Source: an uncultured Oscillospiraceae bacterium (lineage in GTDB: Bacteria > Bacillota > Clostridia > Oscillospirales > Oscillospiraceae). Taken from it: DNA of 64,000 bases. Each line of letters opens with the position of its first letter. The first letter of the stretch is position 1. The stretch spans positions 2,821-66,820 of the forward strand of contig CAKTFW010000004.1 in assembly GCA_934561175.1 (NCBI GenBank), in the 5' to 3' direction. Below are positions 1-9,313 of the stretch, piece by piece. A program made the translations under genes and the position numbers. The notes under the pieces were generated by a model. It saw only the letters and a list, made by a program, of their open reading frames with translations. It was not told the DNA's origin and searched no databases.

Positions 1-3000
1 AAGTCGTTCCCGGATAAAACCGTTCTGCAGTTCAGCGGCGACATTACGGCAATTGTCGGCCCGAATGGGAGCGGAAAATCGAATATCTCCGATGCGATTC
101 GCTGGGTAATGGGGGAGCAGAGCTCCAAGGCGCTGCGCGGCGCCAAGATGGAGGATGTTATTTTTGGCGGTACAGCAAAGCGCAGCCAGCTCGGATTTGC
201 AGAGGTTTCGCTGGTACTGGATAATACACGGGGCACTTTTTCTGTAGATGCTCCCGATGTGATGGTAACCCGCCGCTATTATCGCTCCGGGGAGAGCGAA
301 TATTATATCAACCGGCAGTCGGCACGGCTGCGGGATGTCAATGAACTGTTTATGGATACCGGCCTCGGCCGGGAAGGCTATTCCAATATTGGTCAGGGCC
401 GGATTGACGAGATTCTGTCGGTCAAGAGTCAGGACCGGCGGGAGATTTTTGAAGAGGCGGCCGGTATTTCCAAATATCGCCACCGCAAGGAGGAGACGGA
501 ACGGCGTCTTGCCTCTGCAGAGGAAAATCTGCTGCGGATCGGCGATAAAATTTCAGAGCTGGAATTGCAGGTGGAGCCGCTGCGGGTTCAGGCGGAGAAG
601 GCAAAGCAGTATCTGATATACCGGGATGAGCTGCGAGGCCTGGAGGTTACGGTTTGGCTGAATACCTTGGAAAAACTCAGTGAAACCGCACAAAAGGCAG
701 AAGAAGACTACAACTCTGCCTCGTTTTTGCTGGCACAGGCACATGAGGATCAGGAGTCGCTCTATCGTAGTTCAGAGGAATTCTCTGCGTCCCTGCGAGA
801 TTATGATCTGCAGACGGAAGAAATCCGGGGGCAGATTTCAGAGTTGGAGCAGCAGGAAAAGACACAGGAAGGGCAGACTGCGGTGCTGCAGGCACGATAT
901 GAAAACAACCTGCAAAATATCGAGCGGATTCACCGGGAAATGGACGATCAGCAGAGCCGCAGCGACGATCTTTCTGCACAGATTACTGAGCGGGAAACCA
1001 GAATTGCGGAAATTCGGGAAAAATTGACACAGCTGCAGACTGCGCTGCACGATGCATTGGAAAATGGTCGGCAGCTGGCAGATTCCAATGAAGGTCTGAC
1101 GCGGCAACTGTTGGAGATGCGCAGCAGCCAGGCTGATGCACTCAGCAAGGCTGCGGAAAAGAAGGTAACGCTTAGTTCCATTTCTGCATCATTGCAGGCG
1201 GTGCACGACCGGGCAAAAACCGCGCGGGAAGATCACGAGGCAGCTTTGCGGCGGCAGCAGACGGTCAAGACACAGGCAGAGTCCTGTGTGAAGCAGCTTC
1301 AGGCTGCCCAGGAGGAAGCGGTTGCGGCGCAAAATACCATTTCCGGCTACTCTCTGCGGATGAAGGCGCGTGCTGACAAGCGGGATGCGCTTCAGCAGAA
1401 AATGGCAGCGCTGAGGGTGGAGCTGGATACAACAGAACAGCGCATTCGCCTTTTTACAGAAATGGAAAAGGAATATGAGGGATTTTCCCGTGCGGTTCGC
1501 ACGGTGATGCTGGAGGCGGAGCGTGGAAATCTGAAAAACATTCATGCACCGGTATCCCGTTTGCTGAAAACGGAAGATGCCTATACTTTGGCTATTGAGA
1601 CGGCACTGGGCGGCAGTATGCAGAGTATTGTGGTTTCCACGGATCAGGATGGCAAAGCTGCAATTCAGATGTTGAAGCGCCGTGATGCCGGCCGTGCGAC
1701 TTTTTTGCCGATATCCGCAACGCGTGGACGGGTTCTGAAGGAACCGGAGCTGCAGCATACACCCGGTGTTGTGGGAATTGCAGCTTCGTTGATTTCCTGT
1801 GAAGCACAATATCAGGAGATATTTGATAATTTGCTGGGACGAACGGTTGTGGCGGAAGATCTGGATTATGCGGTGCCGATGGCAAAAAAGTTCGGCTATC
1901 GGTTCCGGATTGTGACACTGGACGGTCAGGTCTTGAACGCCGGCGGTTCCATGACCGGTGGTTCCTCCAATAAAAATGCGGGAATCTTGTCCCGCGCTAA
2001 CGAATTGCAACGGCTGCAGCGTGTAAAAATTCAGCTGCAGACACAGCAGGCACAACTGCAGAAGGAATTGGATGAAGCAACTCGCGCTGCAGCAGAAACA
2101 GCCTATGAAATTACAGAGGCCGAGGGAAGACTGCGTCAGTGTCAGGATGATGTACTGCGTTTGGAGGGTCAGCAGGGACAGTATCAGGTTTTGCTGAATA
2201 CCTTGGATGCGGCATTGGGAGATTTTGACCGGGTTTTGCAGGAAGCGGCAGAGACGGATGGCCGTACGGCAGAGCAGGTGCGCACACTGCAGGCAGAGAT
2301 TACAGCATTGGAGGAACAGGCGGCTGCAGCGGAGGCAAGGGCTTCGGCGCTTGCCGAAAGTCAGAATGCCTTGCAGCAGAAAAATCAGGGCATTACAGAG
2401 CGAATTACAGAGATTAAAATGAATGCGGCTGCGATGGAGGCAGAACAGACTGCGGCGCAGGATAATATTTTAAGACTGCAGGCGCTGGAAGTAGAGCGGG
2501 CCGGAGATCGAGATCAGAAGCTGATGGCGATTGCAGAATTTGAACAGGCGAACACTGCGATTTCGGAAGAAATTGCGCAGAGTCAGCAAAAGCACGCTGC
2601 GCTGCAGCAGCAAGCGGCTGAAACGCGCACGGCGCTGCAGCAGATCCTTACAGCTCGGATGGAATGTGAGAGCCGCCGGACGCAGACGGAAAAACTGGCG
2701 CAGGAAAAAAACAAGGAAATTGTCCAGATGGAGCGTGAATGTGCAAGACTGGAACAAAAAAAGGCGTCCGCTGCGATGGAGGAAAAGCAGATTCTTGACA
2801 AGCTGTGGGATTCCTATGAACTGACTCATACTACGGCGCAGGCGGTACGACAAAAGATCGAGGATTTGCCGCAGGCAAACAAACGAATTACAGAGCTGCG
2901 CCGGAAGATCTCTGCACTTGGAACGCCGAATCTCGGCGCGATTGAGGAGTTTGCCCGTGTCAATGAGCGTTATCAGTATCTGACGGGGCAGCGGGATGAC

Positions 3001-3540
3001 ATTCTGACTGCAAAAAAAGAACTCTCGGAAATTGTGCGGGAGATCACCGCAGAGATGACGGAAATTTTTCGCACAGAGTTCCGGAAAATCGATGAAGGGT
3101 TCCGTGCGACCTTTGCAGAGATGTTTGGCGGCGGCACTGCGCAGCTGATCCTGGAGGATGAAAATGATGTGCTGGGCTGCGGCATTGAGATCCGGGTGCA
3201 GCCGCCGGGTAAACAGCTTAAAACGATTACGCTGCTCTCAGGCGGCGAGAAAGCGCTGGTAGCGATTGCGCTGTATTTTGCAATTCTGAAAGTGCGTCCA
3301 ACACCTTTCTGTATGCTCGATGAGATTGATGCGGCGCTGGATGACCGCAATGTGGTGCGCTACGCATCTTATTTGCGGAATCTCAGCAGGGATACGCAGT
3401 TTATTGTCATTACCCACCGGCGTGGAACGATGGAAGAAGCGGATGTGCTCTATGGCGTTACCATGCAGGAACAGGGCGTTTCAAAGATGTTGTCGATTGA
3501 TCTGAATGACATGGTGCGGCAACTCGGAATTCAGGCGTAA
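1..3540 (+). CDS. smc: Chromosome segregation protein SMC (5' end truncated by window edge)
   Basis: Frame 1 is open from base 1 (KSFPDKTVLQFSGDITAIVGPNGSGKSN, Walker A). It has long coiled-coil regions, a hinge, and C-terminal LSGGEKAL signature plus Walker B (MLDEIDAALD). Confidence 0.95.
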   Translation, partial: KSFPDKTVLQFSGDITAIVGPNGSGKSNISDAIRWVMGEQSSKALRGAKMEDVIFGGTAKRSQLGFAEVSLVLDNTRGTFSVDAPDVMVTRRYYRSGESEYYINRQSARLRDVNELFMDTGLGREGYSNIGQGRIDEILSVKSQDRREIFEEAAGISKYRHRKEETERRLASAEENLLRIGDKISELELQVEPLRVQAEKAKQYLIYRDELRGLEVTVWLNTLEKLSETAQKAEEDYNSASFLLAQAHEDQESLYRSSEEFSASLRDYDLQTEEIRGQISELEQQEKTQEGQTAVLQARYENNLQNIERIHREMDDQQSRSDDLSAQITERETRIAEIREKLTQLQTALHDALENGRQLADSNEGLTRQLLEMRSSQADALSKAAEKKVTLSSISASLQAVHDRAKTAREDHEAALRRQQTVKTQAESCVKQLQAAQEEAVAAQNTISGYSLRMKARADKRDALQQKMAALRVELDTTEQRIRLFTEMEKEYEGFSRAVRTVMLEAERGNLKNIHAPVSRLLKTEDAYTLAIETALGGSMQSIVVSTDQDGKAAIQMLKRRDAGRATFLPISATRGRVLKEPELQHTPGVVGIAASLISCEAQYQEIFDNLLGRTVVAEDLDYAVPMAKKFGYRFRIVTLDGQVLNAGGSMTGGSSNKNAGILSRANELQRLQRVKIQLQTQQAQLQKELDEATRAAAETAYEITEAEGRLRQCQDDVLRLEGQQGQYQVLLNTLDAALGDFDRVLQEAAETDGRTAEQVRTLQAEITALEEQAAAAEARASALAESQNALQQKNQGITERITEIKMNAAAMEAEQTAAQDNILRLQALEVERAGDRDQKLMAIAEFEQANTAISEEIAQSQQKHAALQQQAAETRTALQQILTARMECESRRTQTEKLAQEKNKEIVQMERECARLEQKKASAAMEEKQILDKLWDSYELTHTTAQAVRQKIEDLPQANKRITELRRKISALGTPNLGAIEEFARVNERYQYLTGQRDDILTAKKELSEIVREITAEMTEIFRTEFRKIDEGFRATFAEMFGGGTAQLILEDENDVLGCGIEIRVQPPGKQLKTITLLSGGEKALVAIALYFAILKVRPTPFCMLDEIDAALDDRNVVRYASYLRNLSRDTQFIVITHRRGTMEEADVLYGVTMQEQGVSKMLSIDLNDMVRQLGIQA

Positions 3541-3554
3541 ATGAGGAGATTATT

Positions 3555-4445
3555 ATGGGATTCTTTGAAAAAGTAAAAGCAGGTTTGACCAAAACCAGAA
3601 ACTCGCTTGGTAATGTGTTTTCTTTTAGCAGCATTGACGATGATTTTTATGATGAGCTGGAGGAAAATCTGATTTTGGCAGATCTCGGCGCGGGAACTGC
3701 GACGGAGGCCGTTGAGAAGCTGCGGGAAAAGGTGCGCGCGGAACACCTGAAGGATGCGGATGCAGTGCGTGCGGCACTGCGGCAGATTTTGACAGAAATG
3801 CTGCAGGTTGGTGATCCGAAACTGAAACTGACAACGAAACCGTCAGTGGTTCTGGTGATTGGCGTTAATGGCGTGGGGAAGACAACGACCATTGGAAAGC
3901 TGGCAGGCCAGCTGCACAGCGCCGGAAAAAAAGTTTTGCTTTGTGCAGCAGATACCTTCCGCGCAGCAGCAGCCGATCAATTGGAAATTTGGGCTGGCCG
4001 TGCGGGCGTAGATATCATCCGCCAGGATGAGGGTGCAGATCCTGCAGCAGTGGTATTTGACGCAATTTCGGCGGCACGCGCACGCGGCAGTGATGTCATT
4101 CTCTGTGATACGGCAGGCCGTCTGCACAATAAACAGAATCTGATGAATGAGCTTGGGAAGATTTCCAGAATTATTGACCGGGAACTGCCGGGATGCGATA
4201 AGGAAGTGCTGTTGGTGCTCGATGGCACAACCGGACAAAATGGTCTGTCTCAGGCACGGGAATTTAAACAGGCTGCAGGTTTGACAGGATTGGTTCTGAC
4301 GAAACTGGACGGTACGGCAAAGGGCGGCATTGTGGTTGCGGTGGCGCGGGAATTGCAGGTGCCGGTTAAATATATCGGCGTAGGTGAGCAGATCGATGAC
4401 CTGATGGCGTTTGACGCTGCGGCGTTTACGGAAGCGCTGTTGTAA
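3555..4445 (+). CDS. ftsY: Signal recognition particle receptor FtsY
   Basis: SRP GTPase motifs GVNGVGKTTT, DTAGR and TKLDG. GAGGAG RBS upstream. Classic smc-ftsY synteny. Confidence 0.95.
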   Translation: MGFFEKVKAGLTKTRNSLGNVFSFSSIDDDFYDELEENLILADLGAGTATEAVEKLREKVRAEHLKDADAVRAALRQILTEMLQVGDPKLKLTTKPSVVLVIGVNGVGKTTTIGKLAGQLHSAGKKVLLCAADTFRAAAADQLEIWAGRAGVDIIRQDEGADPAAVVFDAISAARARGSDVILCDTAGRLHNKQNLMNELGKISRIIDRELPGCDKEVLLVLDGTTGQNGLSQAREFKQAAGLTGLVLTKLDGTAKGGIVVAVARELQVPVKYIGVGEQIDDLMAFDAAAFTEALL

Positions 4446-4456
4446 AGGAGTTTGCC

Positions 4457-5173
4457 ATGCGGATTGATGGAAGAAAAAACGATGCGCTTCGGCCGGTCAA
4501 GCTGACATTGGGGTTTACAAAATTTGCAGAGGGCAGCTGCCTGATTGAATGTGGAAATACAGTTGTGCTGTGCAATGCTTCGGTGGAGGAGCGCGTGCCG
4601 AAGCATGTGCTCTCCGGTGGTTGGATCACTGCGGAGTATTCCATGCTGCCGCGCGCAAATCGAGAGCGATCTTCGCGGGACATCAGCCGGTTGAAGCTGG
4701 CACCGCGCTCTGCTGAAATTCAGCGGCTCGTGGGCCGCAGTCTGCGCAGCGCGGCAGATCTTCAGCAGTTGGGGGAGCGGACGATCACGGTTGACTGCGA
4801 TGTGCTGCAGGGAGACGGCGGAACCCGCACCGCTTCTGTGACAGGTGGATTTATCGCATTGGCGCTCGCCTGCAGAAAACTCCTGGAGCAGGAAAAGATC
4901 GAGACCATGCCGCTTCGGAATTTTGTATCCGGCATTAGTGCTGGAATTGTTGATGAGACGCCGATGCTGGATCTGTGTTATGAGGAAGATTCCCGTGCGA
5001 TGGTGGATCTGAATTGTGTGATGACAGACAGCGGCGAGATTGTGGAACTACAGGGAACCGGTGAAGGTCGCCCCTTTACCGTGGCGGAACAGCAGACGCT
5101 GGTGCAGCTGTGCCAAAAGGGCAATGCGGAATTGCAGCAGCTGCAGAAAGCATATTTGGGGGAACTCGCATGA
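4457..5173 (+). CDS. rph: Ribonuclease PH
   Basis: N-terminus MRIDGRKNDALRPVK..., with full-length similarity to RNase PH. AAGGAG RBS. Confidence 0.95.
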   Translation: MRIDGRKNDALRPVKLTLGFTKFAEGSCLIECGNTVVLCNASVEERVPKHVLSGGWITAEYSMLPRANRERSSRDISRLKLAPRSAEIQRLVGRSLRSAADLQQLGERTITVDCDVLQGDGGTRTASVTGGFIALALACRKLLEQEKIETMPLRNFVSGISAGIVDETPMLDLCYEEDSRAMVDLNCVMTDSGEIVELQGTGEGRPFTVAEQQTLVQLCQKGNAELQQLQKAYLGELA

Positions 5174-5775
5174 AAGCAGTGCTGGCAAGCAAAAATCAGA
5201 AGAAGCTCAAAGAGCTGCAGGCGATTCTGCAGGAACTGGATATGGAGTGCGTGCTGGAATCCGAGATCGGGATTGACTTGGATGTAGAAGAAACCGGCAC
5301 GACCTTCGAGGAGAACTCTTATTTGAAAGCGAACGCAGTAATGCAGGCGGCCGGAATGCCGGCAATTGCCGATGACTCTGGCCTGGAGGTTGACGCGCTG
5401 GATGGTGCGCCGGGCGTTTACTCGGCTCGTTATGGCGGGGATGCGTGCCGTAACGATCAGGAGCGAAATGCGCTGCTGCTGAAAAATCTTGCTGGAGTTC
5501 CGGATGAGAAGCGTACTGCACGGTTCGTTTCGGTGATTACCTGTTGTATGCCGGATGGCACAACCATTTTAGCGCGCGGAAGCTGCGATGGTGTGATTTT
5601 GCATAGCGCGTGTGGAGAAAATGGATTTGGTTATGATCCGTTATTTTATGTTCCCAAAGAGGGAAAAACCTTTGCAGAGCTTCCGGCAGAACGAAAAAAT
5701 CAGATTTCTCACCGTGGACGCGCATTAGCGCTGTTTGCGGAGAAAATGAAGGAGACACTGTATGCTGACAAGTAA
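5170..5775 (+). CDS. rdgB: dITP/XTP pyrophosphatase (RdgB/HAM1 family)
   Basis: MKAVLASKNQKKLKEL..., IADDSGLEVDALDGAPGVYSARY, FGYDPLF. The ATG overlaps the rph stop (ATGA). The ORF-track start at 5110 is an in-frame upstream extension inside rph. Confidence 0.9.
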   Translation: MKAVLASKNQKKLKELQAILQELDMECVLESEIGIDLDVEETGTTFEENSYLKANAVMQAAGMPAIADDSGLEVDALDGAPGVYSARYGGDACRNDQERNALLLKNLAGVPDEKRTARFVSVITCCMPDGTTILARGSCDGVILHSACGENGFGYDPLFYVPKEGKTFAELPAERKNQISHRGRALALFAEKMKETLYADK

Positions 5776-6214
5776 AGAACGCGCGGAATTGCGCGCACAG
5801 GCCAATACACTTGAACCGATTGTCATTGTCGGAAAAGGCGGAATTACGGAAAACCTGATTGTGCAGACAAGCGACGCACTGAATGCACGGGAGCTGATCA
5901 AGTGCCGGGTACTGGAGACGGCGCTGATGAGTGCACGCGAAGCGTGCGACGCACTCTGTGAGGCCACCGGTGCGGAAGGCATTCAGGTGGTAGGAAGCAA
6001 GTTTGTGCTCTACCGAAAGAGCGAAAAGCAGCCAAAGCCGAATCCGCCGAAGAAAAAGACAGTAAATCCGGTGAAACGCGGCGTCCAGCAGCGCAGAAAG
6101 AAGGCTCGCGCGGAACGGGAGAAAAGAGATGCGTATTTTAAGCAGGCTGCGATTCAGGCATCGATTGAACGGCAAAAAGCTAAGAAACGGAATCAAACCG
6201 AGGAAGAATTTTAA
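5762..6214 (+). CDS. yhbY: YhbY/CRS1-family RNA-binding protein with Lys/Arg-rich C-terminal tail
   Basis: LTSKERAELRAQANTLEPIVIVGKGGITENL is typical of YhbY. It sits in the conserved position upstream of nadD. Confidence 0.8.
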   Translation: MLTSKERAELRAQANTLEPIVIVGKGGITENLIVQTSDALNARELIKCRVLETALMSAREACDALCEATGAEGIQVVGSKFVLYRKSEKQPKPNPPKKKTVNPVKRGVQQRRKKARAEREKRDAYFKQAAIQASIERQKAKKRNQTEEEF

Positions 6215-6233
6215 TTTTGGCGGGTGATTTCTT

Positions 6234-7427
6234 ATGAGCAGAATCGGAATCTATGGCGGAAGTTTTAACCCACCGCATCTGGGGCATGTATTGGCGGCAA
6301 AGGAAGCGATCCGTGCACTGCAGCTGGATCGGCTTCTTGTGGTCCCAGCGGCGGTGCCGCCGCATAAAAAAGTCCCGGCGGAAACGCCGGAGCCTGCGGT
6401 ACGGCGGCGCTTGCTTGCTATGGCGATGGCGGATATTCCGGAGGCTGAGATCTGCGATGTAGAGTTGGAGCGTCCTGGACCAAGCTATACTTTTGAGACC
6501 TTGCAAATTCTGTCACAGCGCTATCCAAACGATACCCTGTTTTTGATGATGGGAACAGACATGTTTTTATCGCTGCACCAGTGGAAACACCCAGAGGAAG
6601 TTTGCGGTATTGCCGAGATTGTACTGGCATCCCGTGTGCAGAATGGCGGAAAAACGCATACTGCGATTTTGGAGCAAAAGGCACATCTGGAGCAGGCATA
6701 TCATGCCAGAGTCCAAATTTTGAATAACGATTTTATTCAAATTTCTTCCTCGACAGTGCGAAGAATGCTGACCTTTGGCTGTGCGGAAACCTATCTGAAC
6801 CAGAATGTGCTGGAGACTATTCAGAAGGAGCGGCTCTATGGTGTTGGAAGAGATCTGCGGAATCTTCCGTTTGCAGAACTGAAACAGGTCAGTTTATCAC
6901 TGCATAAGGAAAAGCGAATCTCACATGTAATTGGCTGCAGTGAAACGGCGGTAGCGCTGGCCAAGCGTTGGGGCGCGGATCCAACGGATGCAGCGCGTGC
7001 CGGAATTTTGCATGATGTAACAAAAGCGCTCGACGGAGAAGAGCAGTTGCGATTGTGCGAAAAATATGATATTATAACAGACAATTTTGAGCGTACGCAC
7101 ACCAAGCTTTTACATGCGAAAACTGGAAGTGCGGTTGCAGCGCGGATTTTCGGAGAAAATGAAGCGGTCTGCAGTGCGATTTATTGGCATACTACCGGTA
7201 AGGCTGCAATGTCAACATTAGAAAAAATCCTATACTTAGCGGACTATATGGAACCCAACCGGGATTTTGACGGCGTGAATCAGGTTCGGACTCTGGCATT
7301 TCAGAATCTGGACGCAGCGCTGCTGCTCGGCCTGAATATGGCAATTGAGGAATTACGCCGGGAGGGAAAAGAACTGGGCGCACGCTCAGTAGAGGCCCGC
7401 GACTATCTGCAAATGCGAAAGGGCTAA
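6234..7427 (+). CDS. nadD: Nicotinate-nucleotide adenylyltransferase fused to a YqeK-type HD-domain hydrolase
   Basis: The N-terminal part has GGSFNPPHLGH and ISSSTVR (NadD). The C-terminal half has an HD-domain pattern (HVIGC..., GILHDVTK, LLHAKTG, YWHTTG), as in YqeK. Confidence 0.85.
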   Translation: MSRIGIYGGSFNPPHLGHVLAAKEAIRALQLDRLLVVPAAVPPHKKVPAETPEPAVRRRLLAMAMADIPEAEICDVELERPGPSYTFETLQILSQRYPNDTLFLMMGTDMFLSLHQWKHPEEVCGIAEIVLASRVQNGGKTHTAILEQKAHLEQAYHARVQILNNDFIQISSSTVRRMLTFGCAETYLNQNVLETIQKERLYGVGRDLRNLPFAELKQVSLSLHKEKRISHVIGCSETAVALAKRWGADPTDAARAGILHDVTKALDGEEQLRLCEKYDIITDNFERTHTKLLHAKTGSAVAARIFGENEAVCSAIYWHTTGKAAMSTLEKILYLADYMEPNRDFDGVNQVRTLAFQNLDAALLLGLNMAIEELRREGKELGARSVEARDYLQMRKG

Positions 7428-7431
7428 CTGC

Positions 7432-8910
7432 ATGAAACTTTTTGGCAACAGCAAAAAATCAAATCATCGTGTCGCTTCGCGCAAAGCGGCTAAAACGGGA
7501 AAAACTTCTGAAGATGTCCGCGTCACGCGCAAGCGGGGTAAGCTTGCAAACTCTGCAATCGGAAAACGCTGGCTTAAAATTCCCGGTATTTACCGGGGAC
7601 TGATTCTTTTGGTGGCGGCACTTCTTTTATTGACTGGCGTATGCTTTGGTGCTTACCGCGCACTGGTACGCCCAGTGGAGCGCCCCAACAATGGGGATAA
7701 CATGCCGATCAAGGTTACAACTGTGAAAGAAGTGGATCCGGAAACCGGTGAAGAAATTGAAGTGGAACTGGAGGTCCCTGTTGGATACCGCGATGGATTT
7801 TATAATATCCTGATTGCCGGTACGGATGACGACGGCGGCCGGACAGATACGATTATTATTGCAAGTTTGGACACCAACACGCATACCGTTGCGATGATGA
7901 GCATTCCACGCGATACACTGATTTCTACCAGCTATTCCGTGCCGAAGATTAATTCTGCCTATGGCGCTGGCGGAAAAGGTAAAAAAGGCATGGAGAATCT
8001 CAAGGCACAACTGAAGAAGATTACCGGCTTTGAGGTCGATGGCTATGTGCTGGTTGATTTAGAGGCATTTGTGAAGATTGTGGATCTGGTCGGCGGTGTG
8101 GAATTTGATGTGCCGCAGAATATGTATTACAATGACCCGAACCAGAACTTGTATATCAATCTTTCGGCAGGGTATCAGACACTGGACGGCGAGCACGCTA
8201 TGGAGCTGGTTCGCTACCGCAAATATGCGCAGGCAGACATTCAAAGAATCTCTGTACAGCAGGATTTTCTGAAAGCGCTGGCCAAGAAGTGTATGCAGAT
8301 TGGAAATCTCACAAAAATTCGGGAATTTGCCCAGATTATTTCTGAGTATGTGACGACGGATCTGACAGTTGGCAATATGGTCTATTTCGGCCAGGAGCTT
8401 TTGAAGTGTGATTTTGACAATATGAAGACCTATACACCGGAAGGTGAAGGCGTTATGATTCGTGGAGGATCGTATTATTCACTGTATAAGAGTTCGTTGG
8501 TAGAGATTATCAATGAGTCATTTAATCCATACGATCAGAAGATTACAGAGGCGGATATTACGCTGGGTAGCAAGTCCGGCTCCAGCAGCACGGGTACAAG
8601 CAGCTCCGGCAGCCACTCCAGCGGATCAGGATCCACGAACAGCACTGGTTCTAACCATAATTCCGGTTCTGAAAACAATACTGCGACAACACCGAGTACC
8701 GATCCAACCCCGGATCCAACTCCGGTGAATCCGGTAGAACCAGGTGAGCCGAGTACAGATCCGGAACAACCCACAGAGCCGGGCGGAACGACCACAGAGC
8801 CAGAGCCGCCGACGGATCCGGGCACGACCGAACCGTCCACACCAGAACCGACAGAGCCGGGCGGTTCTGATTCCGATTCACAGTGGGGCGGATTTGTGGC
8901 AGAAGGGTAA
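7432..8910 (+). CDS. LytR-CpsA-Psr (LCP) family cell-envelope transferase with Ser/Thr/Pro-rich C-terminal tail
   Basis: N-terminal basic segment plus a TM helix. LCP core (NILIAGTDDDGGRTDTIIIASLD..., SIPRDT, VRYRKY). The last ~110 aa are low-complexity S/G/T/P/E. Confidence 0.85.
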   Translation: MKLFGNSKKSNHRVASRKAAKTGKTSEDVRVTRKRGKLANSAIGKRWLKIPGIYRGLILLVAALLLLTGVCFGAYRALVRPVERPNNGDNMPIKVTTVKEVDPETGEEIEVELEVPVGYRDGFYNILIAGTDDDGGRTDTIIIASLDTNTHTVAMMSIPRDTLISTSYSVPKINSAYGAGGKGKKGMENLKAQLKKITGFEVDGYVLVDLEAFVKIVDLVGGVEFDVPQNMYYNDPNQNLYINLSAGYQTLDGEHAMELVRYRKYAQADIQRISVQQDFLKALAKKCMQIGNLTKIREFAQIISEYVTTDLTVGNMVYFGQELLKCDFDNMKTYTPEGEGVMIRGGSYYSLYKSSLVEIINESFNPYDQKITEADITLGSKSGSSSTGTSSSGSHSSGSGSTNSTGSNHNSGSENNTATTPSTDPTPDPTPVNPVEPGEPSTDPEQPTEPGGTTTEPEPPTDPGTTEPSTPEPTEPGGSDSDSQWGGFVAEG

Positions 8911-8944
8911 CGATTTCCCAAAACGGGCAGAAAGGACTTTTTCT

Positions 8945-9289
8945 ATGTTGACTCCAAAAGAGGTCGCGTTGCTTGCGGCCAAGGCACTGGATGACAAAAA
9001 AGGCCAGGCTATCAAACTCTTGAAGGTGACGGATGTCACTTCTCTTGCGGACTATTTCCTAATTTGCACCGGCACTTCCAATACCCATGTCAAGACGCTC
9101 TGTGATGTGGTGGAGAAAGTACTGGGAGAACATGGCGAGCCGATGCTCCGCCGGGAAGGGCAGCGCAGCGGTACTTGGGTATTGCTGGACTTTGGTTGCC
9201 TGGTTGTCCATGTGTTTACCGATGAGACACGGAAATTCTATGATCTGGAGCGGCTCTGGAGTGATGCGGTTCCGGTTGACTTTGAATAA
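8945..9289 (+). CDS. rsfS: Ribosome silencing factor RsfS
   Basis: MLTPKEVALLAAKALDDKKGQAIKLLKV...ADYFLICTGTSNTH...WVLLDFGCLVVHVF...YDLERLW. The ORF-track start at 8744 runs through the 3' end of the LCP gene in another frame. Confidence 0.9.
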   Translation: MLTPKEVALLAAKALDDKKGQAIKLLKVTDVTSLADYFLICTGTSNTHVKTLCDVVEKVLGEHGEPMLRREGQRSGTWVLLDFGCLVVHVFTDETRKFYDLERLWSDAVPVDFE

Positions 9290-9313
9290 ACAACTTCGAA
9301 AAGAGTGAGAAAA

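Noticed and set aside
1189-2055. A long antisense ORF (288 aa) inside smc. Similar long shadow ORFs lie opposite or out of frame in leuS (9887-11020), the NlpC/P60 gene (16352-17110), pheT (19380-20213), pheS (20675-21421), ftsK (28402-29238, 30085-30873), gltX (39529-40857), trpS (41125-42201), leuC (49048-50463), purB (52218-53072) and secDF (53925-55100, 55009-55809).
   Set aside because: Their composition is Arg/Cys/His/Gln-rich and low-complexity, which is typical of off-frame translation of GC-rich coding DNA. Each lies entirely within a confidently identified conserved gene. None has an RBS.
8570-8910. Ser/Gly/Thr then Pro/Thr/Glu-rich region at the 3' end of the LCP gene. At the DNA level it looked like a possible tandem repeat or contingency locus.
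   Set aside because: It is a compositionally biased linker or tail without exact nucleotide tandem repeats. Such tails are common on extracytoplasmic Firmicute proteins.
8744-8944. N-terminal extensions offered by the ORF track for rsfS. The same applies to rdgB (5110), pheS (21682), murC (32765), cca (32835), mnaA (43211), yfcE (46050), spoIIIAE (58772), secF (55066) and the thioesterase (35055).
   Set aside because: The extensions overlap upstream genes or leaders, lack RBSs and translate to sequence that does not look like protein. Internal ATG or GTG codons with good Shine-Dalgarno sequences match the conserved N-termini.
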